Positions 36,366 through 45,812 of a stretch of 64,000 bases of DNA are shown here, piece after piece. Source of the stretch: Bacteroidota bacterium (GTDB taxonomy: Bacteria > Bacteroidota > Bacteroidia > Bacteroidales > VadinHA17). The notes beneath the pieces are model-generated. The model did not search any database. It was not told the DNA's origin and saw only the letters and a program-made list of their open reading frames with translations. The stretch covers positions 18,406-82,405 of the forward strand of contig JBAXXU010000002.1 in NCBI GenBank assembly GCA_037127735.1, written 5' to 3'. The position numbers and the translations under genes were made by a program. Within the stretch, counting starts at the first letter, position 1. Every line of letters starts with the position of its first letter.

Positions 36366-39300
36366 ATGAAAAAACTTTTTCTTAATCTAAGTCTTACAAT
36401 TCTGCTGGCTGTGGCACTTGTGTCGAATACATTCAGTCAGGTTACAACAGCCGGTCTTAAAGGGCGTGTTGTTGACGAAAAGAATGAAACCCTTCCTGGT
36501 GCTTCTGTTGTTGCTATTCATCTTCCTTCAGGCACTCAGTACGGTGTTCTTACAAGTGGAGATGGGCGTTTTGTAATTCCCAACATGAGAGTTGGAGGAC
36601 CATACCAGATCACTCTTTCTTTTATCGGTTATAAAGCGCAGGTTTACAATGATATTAATTTAAGCCTGGGTAACGTAGTCGATATGGCAATTAATCTTTC
36701 CCCTTTGGTAACAGAACTAAGTGAAGTTATCGTTTCTGCCGGGAAGAACAGCATTATCAATTCGGATAGAACAGGCGCATCTATTAACCTTTCAAACGAA
36801 ACCGTTAATGCTGTACCTACTATTTCAAGAGGTCTGAGAGACTTTACAAAAATAAGTCCGCTTGCAAATACCTCCGGATCCGGTACCTCTTTTGCAGGAA
36901 GCAATAACAGGTACAATCAATTCTCCATTGACGGACTGGTAAACAATGACGTTTTTGGTCTCACCTCATCGGGTACCAATGGTGGTCAGGCAGGGATTGA
37001 GCCAATAAGTCTCGATGCAATCGAAGAGTTCCAGATCAACATTGCTCCTTATGATGTACGGCAGGGTGGCTTTACAGGTGGTGGGATAAATGCAGTAACA
37101 AAAAGCGGAACAAACAATTTTAAGGGAACTGCGTATTTTTTTGGCAATAATCAAAAATTTGTCGGAAAAAATGAACCAAAAACAAATACAAGTCTTGCAG
37201 TTGCAACACAAAAAGATTGGCAAGGTGGATTCACACTTGGTGGCCCAATTGTTAAAAACAAACTGTTTTTCTTTTTAAGCGGTGAAATTACAAGACAATC
37301 TTACCCATTGGCAAATGTACCCGGAACGGCTACCTCTAATATCACTCTTGAAGAAGTCGACAGGATTCTTGCAGTTGTGAACAGAGTTGCTCCCGGTTAC
37401 AATCCCGGGAGTTATCTGGATATCAATAATGAAACAAACAGCAATAAAATTCTTGCTAAGGTTAACTGGAATATAAGCAACAAGCATAAATTAACTCTCA
37501 GACATAGTTACACGTATGGCGAAAACATCAGTAACAGCCGTTCTCCTAATGCTTTACGGTTTTATAACAATGGTATATTCTTTCCAAGTACCACTAATTC
37601 AACAGGTTTAGAACTTAACAGTATATTAGGTAATAAAATGTCCAATCGGCTTATGCTGGGATATACAACCGTTCTTGACGATCGCGAACCTTTAGGTGCT
37701 AATTTCCCAACAGTATTAATAAATCTCGGAAGTGGTAAGACCGCAACCCTTGGAAGTGAGTACTCATCCGTTGCCAATTTGCTTAAACAGAAGATTTTTT
37801 CATTGGATGATGAATTCAGCATTTTCAAAGGAAAACATACAATTACAGTTGGCACCCATAATGAATTCTATTCATTTTATAATCTTTTTGTCCAGAATAT
37901 TTACGGAAGTTATGCCTATAAAACTCTTCCTAACTGGGAATCTGTGGGAACAGCTGACGAAGTTGCCCCGACTTATTATGCAATAAGTTATTCTTTTGAT
38001 AACACAGATAATCCATCACAAAGTAAGGGTGCGGCTAGTTTTAATGCTATGCAATTAGGGTTTTATGGACAGGATGAATACCAGTTAACAAACAGAATGC
38101 AGGTAACGGGTGGTTTACGCATAGATGTTCCGGTATTTCCTGATTCACCTGTAGCAAATAACGCGTTTAACACAGCATATGCTGCAGAAGGAGTTGCAAC
38201 AGGCTCTCTTCCAAAAACGAAGATCATGTGGTCTCCTCGTCTGGGATTCAACTGGGATGTTTTAGGAAATAAGACCTCACAGGTAAGAGGCGGCACAGGT
38301 CTGTTCACGGGAAGAGTACCTTTTGTATGGATTTCAAACCAATTTGCCAACAACGGGGAACTTAACGGGACTTACAGTACCGGGAACTCATCCTCAAGTG
38401 GAAACCCGATAACCAATCCTGCCGGATTGAATTTTGTAGCAGATCCTTATTCTCAGAAACTTGCCGAAGATCTTGGAAAAATCGCGGGGAGGGGAGCTAT
38501 AAATGTTGTTGATAAAAATTTGAAATTTCCACAGGTATTCAGAACCAATCTTGCAATTGATCAAAAACTTCCTTATGGTATAATTGCAACAGTAGAAGGA
38601 ATTTTCAGTAAAACTTACAACAATGTAAATTTTATTAATCTGAACAGGCAGGTCGACCCAGCCTTTGCATTTGTCGGAGTTGATCAACGGCCACGATATG
38701 TTTCAGGTAGAATCGATCCAAATTTTGAAGAGATCATTAGGTTTGAAAACACCAGCAAGGGGTATTCCTATAACTTTGTTTTCATGTTGCAGAAACAATT
38801 TACTAATGGGTTCAATGCCCAGGCGTCATATACATATGGAAAGTCGATGGATCTCAATTCGGGGACTTCTAGTGTAGCTTACTCGAACTGGCGTTATGTC
38901 AACAATGTTTATGGCCTGAATGATCTTCGCCTTACCAGATCAAACTTCGACCTGGGATCAAGAATTACAGGTCTTGTATCATACAGGAAAGAATATCTGA
39001 ATGGATTGTTGGCTACGCAGGTATCTCTGTACTATAGCGGACAGTCAGGGCAGACTCATTCATACATTTATAACGGGGATATGAATAATGATGGCTCTTC
39101 TAATGATATGATCTTTATCCCTGCCACACAATCAGATATTAATCTGATTACTATTCCTGCCACAGGTTCTGCTCCTGCCGTGACTCCTGATGAACAATGG
39201 GCTGCTCTTGATGCCTTTATTGCTAAAGATAAATATCTTAGCAAACACAGGGGAGAGTATGCAGAACGCAATGCTGCGCGTCTGCCCTTCCAGGATCAGT

Positions 39301-39599
39301 TTGATTTCCGTTTACTCCAGGAGATTAAGGTTAAAGTCGGGAGTTCAACAAATAAGTTACAGATAAGTTTCGATATTCTTAATCTGGGTAACATGCTAAA
39401 TAAGGAGTGGGGTCATGTGATCTACGCTTCAAACCAGCAATTCAGTCTTATAAACTATAAAGGACAGAGTTCCGCTTCAGCCTCCACCCCAACATTTACA
39501 TACGATGGAGCCGGGATGACCAATCGTAATGCATATTATTTGTCTGATTATGTATCACGCTGGAGAGGCCAGATCGGCTTAAGATACATTTTTAACTAA
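36366..39599 (+). CDS. Oar-type TonB-dependent transporter with an N-terminal carboxypeptidase-regulatory-like domain
   Basis: Signal peptide, plug motif N...IDG..NND.FG, DAIEEFQI..APYDVRQGGFTGG.INAVTKSGTN, SPRLGFNWD and terminal aromatic YIFN. Confidence 0.9.
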   Translation: MKKLFLNLSLTILLAVALVSNTFSQVTTAGLKGRVVDEKNETLPGASVVAIHLPSGTQYGVLTSGDGRFVIPNMRVGGPYQITLSFIGYKAQVYNDINLSLGNVVDMAINLSPLVTELSEVIVSAGKNSIINSDRTGASINLSNETVNAVPTISRGLRDFTKISPLANTSGSGTSFAGSNNRYNQFSIDGLVNNDVFGLTSSGTNGGQAGIEPISLDAIEEFQINIAPYDVRQGGFTGGGINAVTKSGTNNFKGTAYFFGNNQKFVGKNEPKTNTSLAVATQKDWQGGFTLGGPIVKNKLFFFLSGEITRQSYPLANVPGTATSNITLEEVDRILAVVNRVAPGYNPGSYLDINNETNSNKILAKVNWNISNKHKLTLRHSYTYGENISNSRSPNALRFYNNGIFFPSTTNSTGLELNSILGNKMSNRLMLGYTTVLDDREPLGANFPTVLINLGSGKTATLGSEYSSVANLLKQKIFSLDDEFSIFKGKHTITVGTHNEFYSFYNLFVQNIYGSYAYKTLPNWESVGTADEVAPTYYAISYSFDNTDNPSQSKGAASFNAMQLGFYGQDEYQLTNRMQVTGGLRIDVPVFPDSPVANNAFNTAYAAEGVATGSLPKTKIMWSPRLGFNWDVLGNKTSQVRGGTGLFTGRVPFVWISNQFANNGELNGTYSTGNSSSSGNPITNPAGLNFVADPYSQKLAEDLGKIAGRGAINVVDKNLKFPQVFRTNLAIDQKLPYGIIATVEGIFSKTYNNVNFINLNRQVDPAFAFVGVDQRPRYVSGRIDPNFEEIIRFENTSKGYSYNFVFMLQKQFTNGFNAQASYTYGKSMDLNSGTSSVAYSNWRYVNNVYGLNDLRLTRSNFDLGSRITGLVSYRKEYLNGLLATQVSLYYSGQSGQTHSYIYNGDMNNDGSSNDMIFIPATQSDINLITIPATGSAPAVTPDEQWAALDAFIAKDKYLSKHRGEYAERNAARLPFQDQFDFRLLQEIKVKVGSSTNKLQISFDILNLGNMLNKEWGHVIYASNQQFSLINYKGQSSASASTPTFTYDGAGMTNRNAYYLSDYVSRWRGQIGLRYIFN

Positions 39600-39619
39600 T
39601 AAATTTCTTTTTGTTTCAG

Positions 39620-39650
39620 GAGGCTGTCAGATTCTGACAGCCTCTTTTTT
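39620..39650 (+). terminator. Rho-independent terminator
   Basis: GAGGCTGTCAG-ATT-CTGACAGCCTC followed by TTTTTT. Confidence 0.9.
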
Positions 39651-39703
39651 ATTAAAGCGGAGCGGTTTCATAAATGTTGTTGAGTAGAACAGAACGCCTG
39701 GAG

Positions 39704-39796
39704 GTGTTAATAAATTAACACTATAAAAACTATCTAAATAACAGATTATCAGATATTAAGCAAATAGTTCATAACTATATCATCAAATGTTAATAA
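39704..39796. promoter_or_regulatory. Repeated TGTTAATAA-type boxes and palindromes upstream of nrdJ
   Basis: GTGTTAAT-AA-ATTAACAC 39704-21, ATAGTT-CAT-AACTAT 39764-78 and TGTTAATAA 39788-96. Confidence 0.4.
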
Positions 39797-39908
39797 AGTT
39801 AAATTTTTACTCTTGCATTGAAATGCGCACTTTCTTAATTTAGCATTTACCCGCTTAAATAGTCAGTGGTCATTTAATCTCATTATAATCAGAGAGTAAC
39901 AAAAATTT

Positions 39909-42530
39909 ATGGAAGAATTATTTGTCCGGGAATCATCTATCGCTATAGAAAAGATATCGAAAGAACAATCAGCGACCGCGGTACGGAAAACAGTGGAAGG
40001 GAAAGATATTACCAGATCAAAAGAAAAAGCTGTTTATTCTCACGAGGAAGCTGTGGAAGCAAGTATTCAGTACTTCAGGGGAGATGAGCTGGCTGCACGG
40101 GTATGGGCAAATAAATATGCATTAAAGGATTCATTCGGGAACCTGTATGAAAAAACACCTGACGATATGCATCGCAGGCTGGCCCGCGAAATACACCGGG
40201 TGGAAAAGAAATATATAAACCCGCTTTCTGAAGATCTGATTTACAACGTCCTGAAAGATTTCAAATATATTGTTCCCCAGGGCGGACCAATGACAGGTAT
40301 TGGAAATGGCTACCAGATAGCCTCATTATCCAATTGTTTCGTCATTGGTAACGAGGGATCTTCAGACTCCTATGGGGGGATAATGAAAATTGACCAGGAA
40401 CAGGTACAACTTATGAAACGCCGTGGAGGAGTTGGTCACGATCTTTCGCATATCAGACCAAAAGGAACTCCTGTACTAAATAGCGCGCTTACCTCAACAG
40501 GAGTAGTCCCATTCATGGAAAGATATTCCAACTCAACACGCGAAGTGGCACAGGACGGCAGGAGAGGGGCACTTATGCTTTCAATCTCCATCAAACATCC
40601 CGATTCAGGTAAATTTATTGATGCAAAACTTGAAAGCGGAAAGGTTACCGGGGCAAACATCTCGGTTAAGCTTACCGACGATTTCATGAAAGCGGTTGAA
40701 AATAAATCGCTATTCAGACAGCAATATCCGATTAAATCTGATAATCCGAAGTTTGCAAAAGACATCGATGCAGTTAATTTATGGACCAAGATTATCCATA
40801 ATGCATGGAAGTCGGCCGAACCGGGTGTATTATTTTGGGATACAATAATAAAGGAGAGCGTTCCCGATTGTTATGCCGATCTCGGGTATGCCACAGTCTC
40901 TACAAATCCTTGCGGAGAAATTCCTTTGTGCCCGTACGATAGCTGCCGTCTGCTGGCAATTAACCTGTTCAGCTATGTCAACAATCCATTTACCGATAAA
41001 TCTGAATTTGACCTTGAATTATATAAAGAGCATGTAGGACTTGCACAACGTATAATGGATGACATTATTGATCTTGAACTGGAAAAGATCGATGCAATTC
41101 TTGTAAAAATAGATGCGGATCCCGAAATTGAAGAATTGAAACGCGTTGAAAGAAACCTCTGGAAAAATATCAGGATAAAAGCGGAAGAGGGAAGAAGAAC
41201 AGGAATAGGTATAACGGCTGAAGGAGATATGCTTGCCGGTCTTGGACTGAGATATGGCAGTGAAGATGCTACAAATTTCTCAGTTGAAGTTCATAAAACC
41301 CTTGCGCTCGAAACATACAAATCTTCAACCTATCTTGCAAAAGAGAGGGGTGCATTTGCAATTTATGATGAGGAACGTGAAAAAAACAATCCTTTCATAC
41401 TGAGGATGAAGGAAGCCGATCCGGTTATGTATAATAACATGGTTAAGTATGGCCGCAGGAATATTGCCCTTCTGACGATTGCTCCAACAGGAACCACCAG
41501 CCTTATGACCCAGACAACTTCCGGGATTGAACCAATCTTTTCAACTTTCTATAAAAGAAGAAGAAAGGTTAATCCAAATGACAAGGATGTTAAAGTGGCA
41601 TTTAAGGATGATGTTGGCGATTCGTGGGAAGAATTCAATGTATTTCATCATAAATTTGTTGACTGGCTGAAGCTGAATGGATACGATTCGGATGAAGTTA
41701 CGAGGATGAAAGATGAGGAAATTGAATCCATAATCGCGAAGTCGCCATATTATAAAGCCACTGCAAATGATGTTGACTGGATCGCGAAGGTTAAGATGCA
41801 GGGTGCAATCCAGAAATGGGTTGACCATTCAATAAGCGTTACCATAAACCTTCCTGCAGATGCAAAAGAAGAGCTGGTGAGCGAACTTTACATGACCGCC
41901 TGGAAATCGGGATGCAAAGGAGCAACGGTATATCGCGATGGATCAAGAACCGGAGTACTTATCGCGGGAAAGACCGAGGATCGTCCTGAAAGACCGAAAC
42001 GTCCTAAAATTCTGGATTGTGACGTGATAAGGTTTAACATTAATGAAGAGAAGTGGGTTGCTTTTGTCGGACTGAAAGAAAGCAGACCTTATGAGATATT
42101 CACAGGTATAGCCGAAGAGGAGATATTCCCTATTCCAAAAAGCATAATGAAGGGGAAAATTATCAAAATTAAAGATGATGATGGTAAGACGCGCTATGAC
42201 TTTCAGTTTACCGACAAATATGGGTATAAGAAAAATATTGAAGGCCTTTCGCACATGTTCAAACCGGAGTTCTGGAATTATGCAAAGCTTATTTCAGGAG
42301 TGTTGAGACATGAGATGCCAATACAAGATGTTGTTAATCTTGTTCAGTCGCTTAAGCTTGACAGTGAGTCAATTAACAACTGGAAAAACGGCGTGGAACG
42401 AGCCATGAAAAAATATATTCCAAACGGAACAAAAGCAAAAGGTAAATGTGGTGAGTGCGGTTCGGATAACCTGGTTTATCAGGAAGGGTGTCTCATCTGT
42501 AAAGACTGTGGGTCATCGAAATGTGGCTAG
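39909..42530 (+). CDS. nrdJ: Class II (adenosylcobalamin-dependent) ribonucleotide reductase
   Basis: SLSNCFV, RRGGVG, TNPCGEI, TIAPTGT, KG.TVYRDGSR and C-terminal Cys motifs CGEC...CKDCGSSKC. No ATP cone. Confidence 0.95.
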   Translation: MEELFVRESSIAIEKISKEQSATAVRKTVEGKDITRSKEKAVYSHEEAVEASIQYFRGDELAARVWANKYALKDSFGNLYEKTPDDMHRRLAREIHRVEKKYINPLSEDLIYNVLKDFKYIVPQGGPMTGIGNGYQIASLSNCFVIGNEGSSDSYGGIMKIDQEQVQLMKRRGGVGHDLSHIRPKGTPVLNSALTSTGVVPFMERYSNSTREVAQDGRRGALMLSISIKHPDSGKFIDAKLESGKVTGANISVKLTDDFMKAVENKSLFRQQYPIKSDNPKFAKDIDAVNLWTKIIHNAWKSAEPGVLFWDTIIKESVPDCYADLGYATVSTNPCGEIPLCPYDSCRLLAINLFSYVNNPFTDKSEFDLELYKEHVGLAQRIMDDIIDLELEKIDAILVKIDADPEIEELKRVERNLWKNIRIKAEEGRRTGIGITAEGDMLAGLGLRYGSEDATNFSVEVHKTLALETYKSSTYLAKERGAFAIYDEEREKNNPFILRMKEADPVMYNNMVKYGRRNIALLTIAPTGTTSLMTQTTSGIEPIFSTFYKRRRKVNPNDKDVKVAFKDDVGDSWEEFNVFHHKFVDWLKLNGYDSDEVTRMKDEEIESIIAKSPYYKATANDVDWIAKVKMQGAIQKWVDHSISVTINLPADAKEELVSELYMTAWKSGCKGATVYRDGSRTGVLIAGKTEDRPERPKRPKILDCDVIRFNINEEKWVAFVGLKESRPYEIFTGIAEEEIFPIPKSIMKGKIIKIKDDDGKTRYDFQFTDKYGYKKNIEGLSHMFKPEFWNYAKLISGVLRHEMPIQDVVNLVQSLKLDSESINNWKNGVERAMKKYIPNGTKAKGKCGECGSDNLVYQEGCLICKDCGSSKCG

Positions 42531-42594
42531 TTTAATGTAATTGATCCTTCGTTCAGGGAATATGTAATATATTAAACGACAACAAACAGGTATT

Positions 42595-43359
42595 TTAGCT
42601 TGGAGCAATTTTCTGGTCCTTTTTTGCACTGGTAGAATTCTCTTCATTCTTTCCTTTATAAACAAAGATCAGATTGTGGTAAAAATGAATTGAGATAATA
42701 TTCCTGTCAAAAAAGACCGGCTGGTATTCAGGGTTTAAAAAATCTTTGAAGTTAAGACCGTCAGTTAGTTTTTTAAAAAAATTCATTGATGTATCAGGAT
42801 TGTCAAATTTAGTACTGTCACCACCATAATCTGGCCAGTAAGAAGTGCAGGTATCTTCTATAACATAAATTCCTCCGTCACTCAATTTTGGGAACAATAT
42901 TTTAAATGATTCAATTACGTGTTCATTAATATGACTGCCATCATCGATAATGATATCTATATTACCTATCTCTGAACACACCTTATCAAGAAAAATTTTA
43001 TCTACCTGACTTCCCTGAAAAATTTTTATCCGATCCTCCTGAAGAGCAGACTTATCATAAATATCTATAGAGTAAATATTTCCAAGCTGAAAATATTTCT
43101 TCCACATTTTTAATGATTTTCCACCCGAATATGGTTTTTCATATCCACCGACACCAATTTCAAGCAGATTGATCTTCTTGTCTCTGAATCTATTAAAATG
43201 TAATTGATAATGAGTTGTATAAGAATGGTTTGCTGCCTTATCTGTTCCATAAATCTTCCCTAACTTATCCAAATCATCAGTGGAATACTTTGCTCTCAGT
43301 TCATTGATGGGATTCAGGATATGATTTTTAAATTTACGTAATCTGTTAAGTGCTTTCAT
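42595..43359 (-). CDS. SAM-dependent O-methyltransferase (MycE/TylE-like catalytic domain)
   Basis: YGTDK...H.Y, LLEIGVGG, GSQVD, IIIDDGSH and GGIYVIED. Confidence 0.75.
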   Translation of the reverse strand: MKALNRLRKFKNHILNPINELRAKYSTDDLDKLGKIYGTDKAANHSYTTHYQLHFNRFRDKKINLLEIGVGGYEKPYSGGKSLKMWKKYFQLGNIYSIDIYDKSALQEDRIKIFQGSQVDKIFLDKVCSEIGNIDIIIDDGSHINEHVIESFKILFPKLSDGGIYVIEDTCTSYWPDYGGDSTKFDNPDTSMNFFKKLTDGLNFKDFLNPEYQPVFFDRNIISIHFYHNLIFVYKGKNEENSTSAKKDQKIAPS

Positions 43360-43440
43360 AAAGGTGAAATTGTATTGTAAAACTATATCTGACGAAGGGT
43401 CATAAGGTCGATGGTAAAATAAGCATTTTATCGATAAAAG

Positions 43441-44517
43441 TTATTCATTGTTATAATTTCTTAATGGTTTAAGCATAATTGCGCACAATTTGTTTCCTCT
43501 GTCTTTACAAACAATTACATTTGGACTAAGTAATTTTCTTGATTTTCCGTAAATCCTTTTTGTGTATTCTTGTAATTTTCCGGCAGCTTTGTTCAAATAG
43601 TGAAATTTGATTAAAAGCAATTGGAGTGAGAATTTTAGATCCCCTTTTGAAGCAGCATGTTTAATCAACTCGCCGTTTTTATTGAAAAACGGTTTTGGTA
43701 AATTATTGTCATTTAATGATCGTATGCCAATAACACGATAATTCATCTTGAAGTACTCCCTGAAGTTGATGAAGCTGATACCAATATTAAGTTTTTCGGC
43801 AATGAAATTCATTGATTCCTCACCTAGCCACCAGCAATGGACAGGTGGAAGGTCTGAGGCCCAAACTACTTCTAAAGGATAAAAAGATTTATTTGGAGTT
43901 GTAATAATTGCCCGGCCACCTGGTTTAAGTAATCTTATGATGGAATCAATAAAATCCAAAGGCTTATTTACATGTTCTATAACTTCTGTTAAGATCACTA
44001 TATCATATGATTCAGGGTGGGACTCAGCATATTCAAATAAATCTTTACAAATAAAATGATCACCAAAGGTATTAGCTGCTAAAGTGACAGCCGTTTGAGA
44101 TACATCCAGCCCAATAACCTTATAATCTGCCTTTATTAATGAATACGTTAAATAGCCCAACCCACTTCCGATCTCCAGAATTTTTGTTGATGTTTTGTCT
44201 TTTACAAACATTTCCAAAGCTTTCTTTACACTCCAATAATCATCATCATTTCGTGCAAGGTAATCCAAAGGTTGAGAGATTTTTTTAATATTCTTAGCAT
44301 ACCTCCAATAACGGTTATACCCCGGTACTTTATCTCCGTTTTTATAGATGTTTTCATAAATAACAGTGCTATCATCCATGGGCAAAGAAAAACCGGTATT
44401 GCAGGTATGACAGTGATAAATTTTGTAAGTCAATGGCTCCTGGTAACCGGGATATTTATTATGTTTCAGTTTAGCTGTGCCTCTGCACAGAAGACATTCT
44501 GTTTCATTATTTTCCAT
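43441..44517 (-). CDS. Class I SAM-dependent methyltransferase with an N-terminal Cys (zinc-ribbon-like) motif
   Basis: CLLC...CHTC, ILEIGSGLG, GLDVS, YDIVILTEVIEHV, LLKPGG...ITTPN and PPVH. Confidence 0.8.
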   Translation of the reverse strand: MENNETECLLCRGTAKLKHNKYPGYQEPLTYKIYHCHTCNTGFSLPMDDSTVIYENIYKNGDKVPGYNRYWRYAKNIKKISQPLDYLARNDDDYWSVKKALEMFVKDKTSTKILEIGSGLGYLTYSLIKADYKVIGLDVSQTAVTLAANTFGDHFICKDLFEYAESHPESYDIVILTEVIEHVNKPLDFIDSIIRLLKPGGRAIITTPNKSFYPLEVVWASDLPPVHCWWLGEESMNFIAEKLNIGISFINFREYFKMNYRVIGIRSLNDNNLPKPFFNKNGELIKHAASKGDLKFSLQLLLIKFHYLNKAAGKLQEYTKRIYGKSRKLLSPNVIVCKDRGNKLCAIMLKPLRNYNNE

Positions 44518-44536
44518 GTGACATCTTTAGAATTTA

Positions 44537-45727
44537 CTACTTCAATATATCTAGTTCTCTTCCGATCTTTCCAAATGCCTTTATAGCTTTGTTGAGATGC
44601 TTTTCTTCATGGGCAGCTGATAATTGCACTCTTATTCTTGCCTGATCCTTTGGTACAACAGGAAAATAAAACCCGATAACATAAATTCCTTCTTTAAGAA
44701 GCCGGGCAGCAAATTCCTGAGATAGTTTGGCATCATAAAGCATTACTGCGCAAATTGCCGATTTAGTGGGTTTAATGTCAAACCCAAGATTTTTCAGCCC
44801 GGCAATAAAATATTCTGCATTCCGGTGGAGCTTCTCCTGCAACTCATTATTCTCAGTCATCATTTCAACCATCCTTATACCGGCAGCTGCAACCATTGGC
44901 GGTATTGAATTTGAAAACAGATAAGGTCGCGATCTCTGTCTGAGAAGCTCAATTATCTCTTTTTTACCGGTTGTAAACCCGCCGATTGCTCCACCAAACG
45001 CTTTCCCGAGGGTGCCGGTTATAATTTCAACCTTTCCTGTAATATTATAAAGTTCAGTAACTCCTCTTCCTGTTTTCCCGACAACCCCTGCTGAGTGTGA
45101 TTCGTCAACCATCACCATCGCGTTATACTTATTTGCCAGCTCTACGATTTTATCAAGAGGAGCTACATTACCATCCATTGAGAAAACACCATCTGTTACG
45201 ATAAGTCTGAACCTTTGTTCCTGGGCGAGTTGCAGTTGTGCTTCCAGATCGTCCATATCGGCATTTTCGTACCTGTAGCGCTGAGCTTTGCAAAGCCTAA
45301 CCCCATCAATTATTGAAGCATGATTCAGAGCATCAGAAATAATCGCATCTTCGCTTGTAAGCAAAGGTTCAAAAACACCTCCGTTAGCGTCAAAACAGGC
45401 AGCATAGAGAATTGTCTCTTCTGTTCCGAAAAATTCAGAGATTTTAGTCTCAAGTTCTTTATGCAGGTCAGTGGTACCGCAAATAAATCTGACAGATGAC
45501 ATTCCATAGCCATAATTGTCAAGAGAAGTTTTTGCTGCTTCAATCAGTGATGGATTGTTTGAAAGGCCGAGGTAGTTATTGGCACAGAAATTCAGAACTT
45601 TTTGACCTGTATTAAGTTCAATTTCAGCGCCCTGTGGTGAAACAATTACTCTTTCATTTTTGTAAAGACCGGCCTCTTTAATTTCTTTCAGCTGGGTATT
45701 GAGATGATTCTTATAGGCTTTATACAT
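44537..45727 (-). CDS. kbl: Glycine C-acetyltransferase (2-amino-3-ketobutyrate CoA ligase), Bacteroides-like copy
   Basis: GLYKNER, NFCANNYLGL, SSVRFICGT, SDALNHASIIDG, DESHSAG, GTLGKAFGG (PLP Lys), RPYLFSNS and ARIRVQ. Confidence 0.95.
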   Translation of the reverse strand: MYKAYKNHLNTQLKEIKEAGLYKNERVIVSPQGAEIELNTGQKVLNFCANNYLGLSNNPSLIEAAKTSLDNYGYGMSSVRFICGTTDLHKELETKISEFFGTEETILYAACFDANGGVFEPLLTSEDAIISDALNHASIIDGVRLCKAQRYRYENADMDDLEAQLQLAQEQRFRLIVTDGVFSMDGNVAPLDKIVELANKYNAMVMVDESHSAGVVGKTGRGVTELYNITGKVEIITGTLGKAFGGAIGGFTTGKKEIIELLRQRSRPYLFSNSIPPMVAAAGIRMVEMMTENNELQEKLHRNAEYFIAGLKNLGFDIKPTKSAICAVMLYDAKLSQEFAARLLKEGIYVIGFYFPVVPKDQARIRVQLSAAHEEKHLNKAIKAFGKIGRELDILK

Positions 45728-45787
45728 CTATATTCTTTTGCATTACAAATAAAATGCAAAATTGGCGATTTCTGAGCAAACAAAGCA

Positions 45788-45802
45788 TGATGATAATCAT
45801 CA
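45788..45802. promoter_or_regulatory. Perfect 7-1-7 inverted repeat TGATGAT-A-ATCATCA (Fur-family-like operator candidate)
   Basis: Lies in the 85-nt gap upstream of kbl, next to a -7-like CAATTTTG on the minus strand (45757-64). Confidence 0.4.
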
Positions 45803-45812
45803 ATTGAAATAA

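Noticed and set aside
36366-39599. Polysaccharide utilisation locus
   Set aside because: No SusC-type signature or SusD partner, and a terminator follows directly.
39651-39908. Cobalamin riboswitch or NrdR box upstream of B12-dependent nrdJ
   Set aside because: I could not find the B12-box motifs or an ACAC(A/T)ATAT(A/C)TTGTG-like box by eye.
39909-40030. N-terminal extension of about 35 aa on NrdJ as a regulatory domain
   Set aside because: Too short for an ATP cone and has no motif, so it is probably a variable tail.
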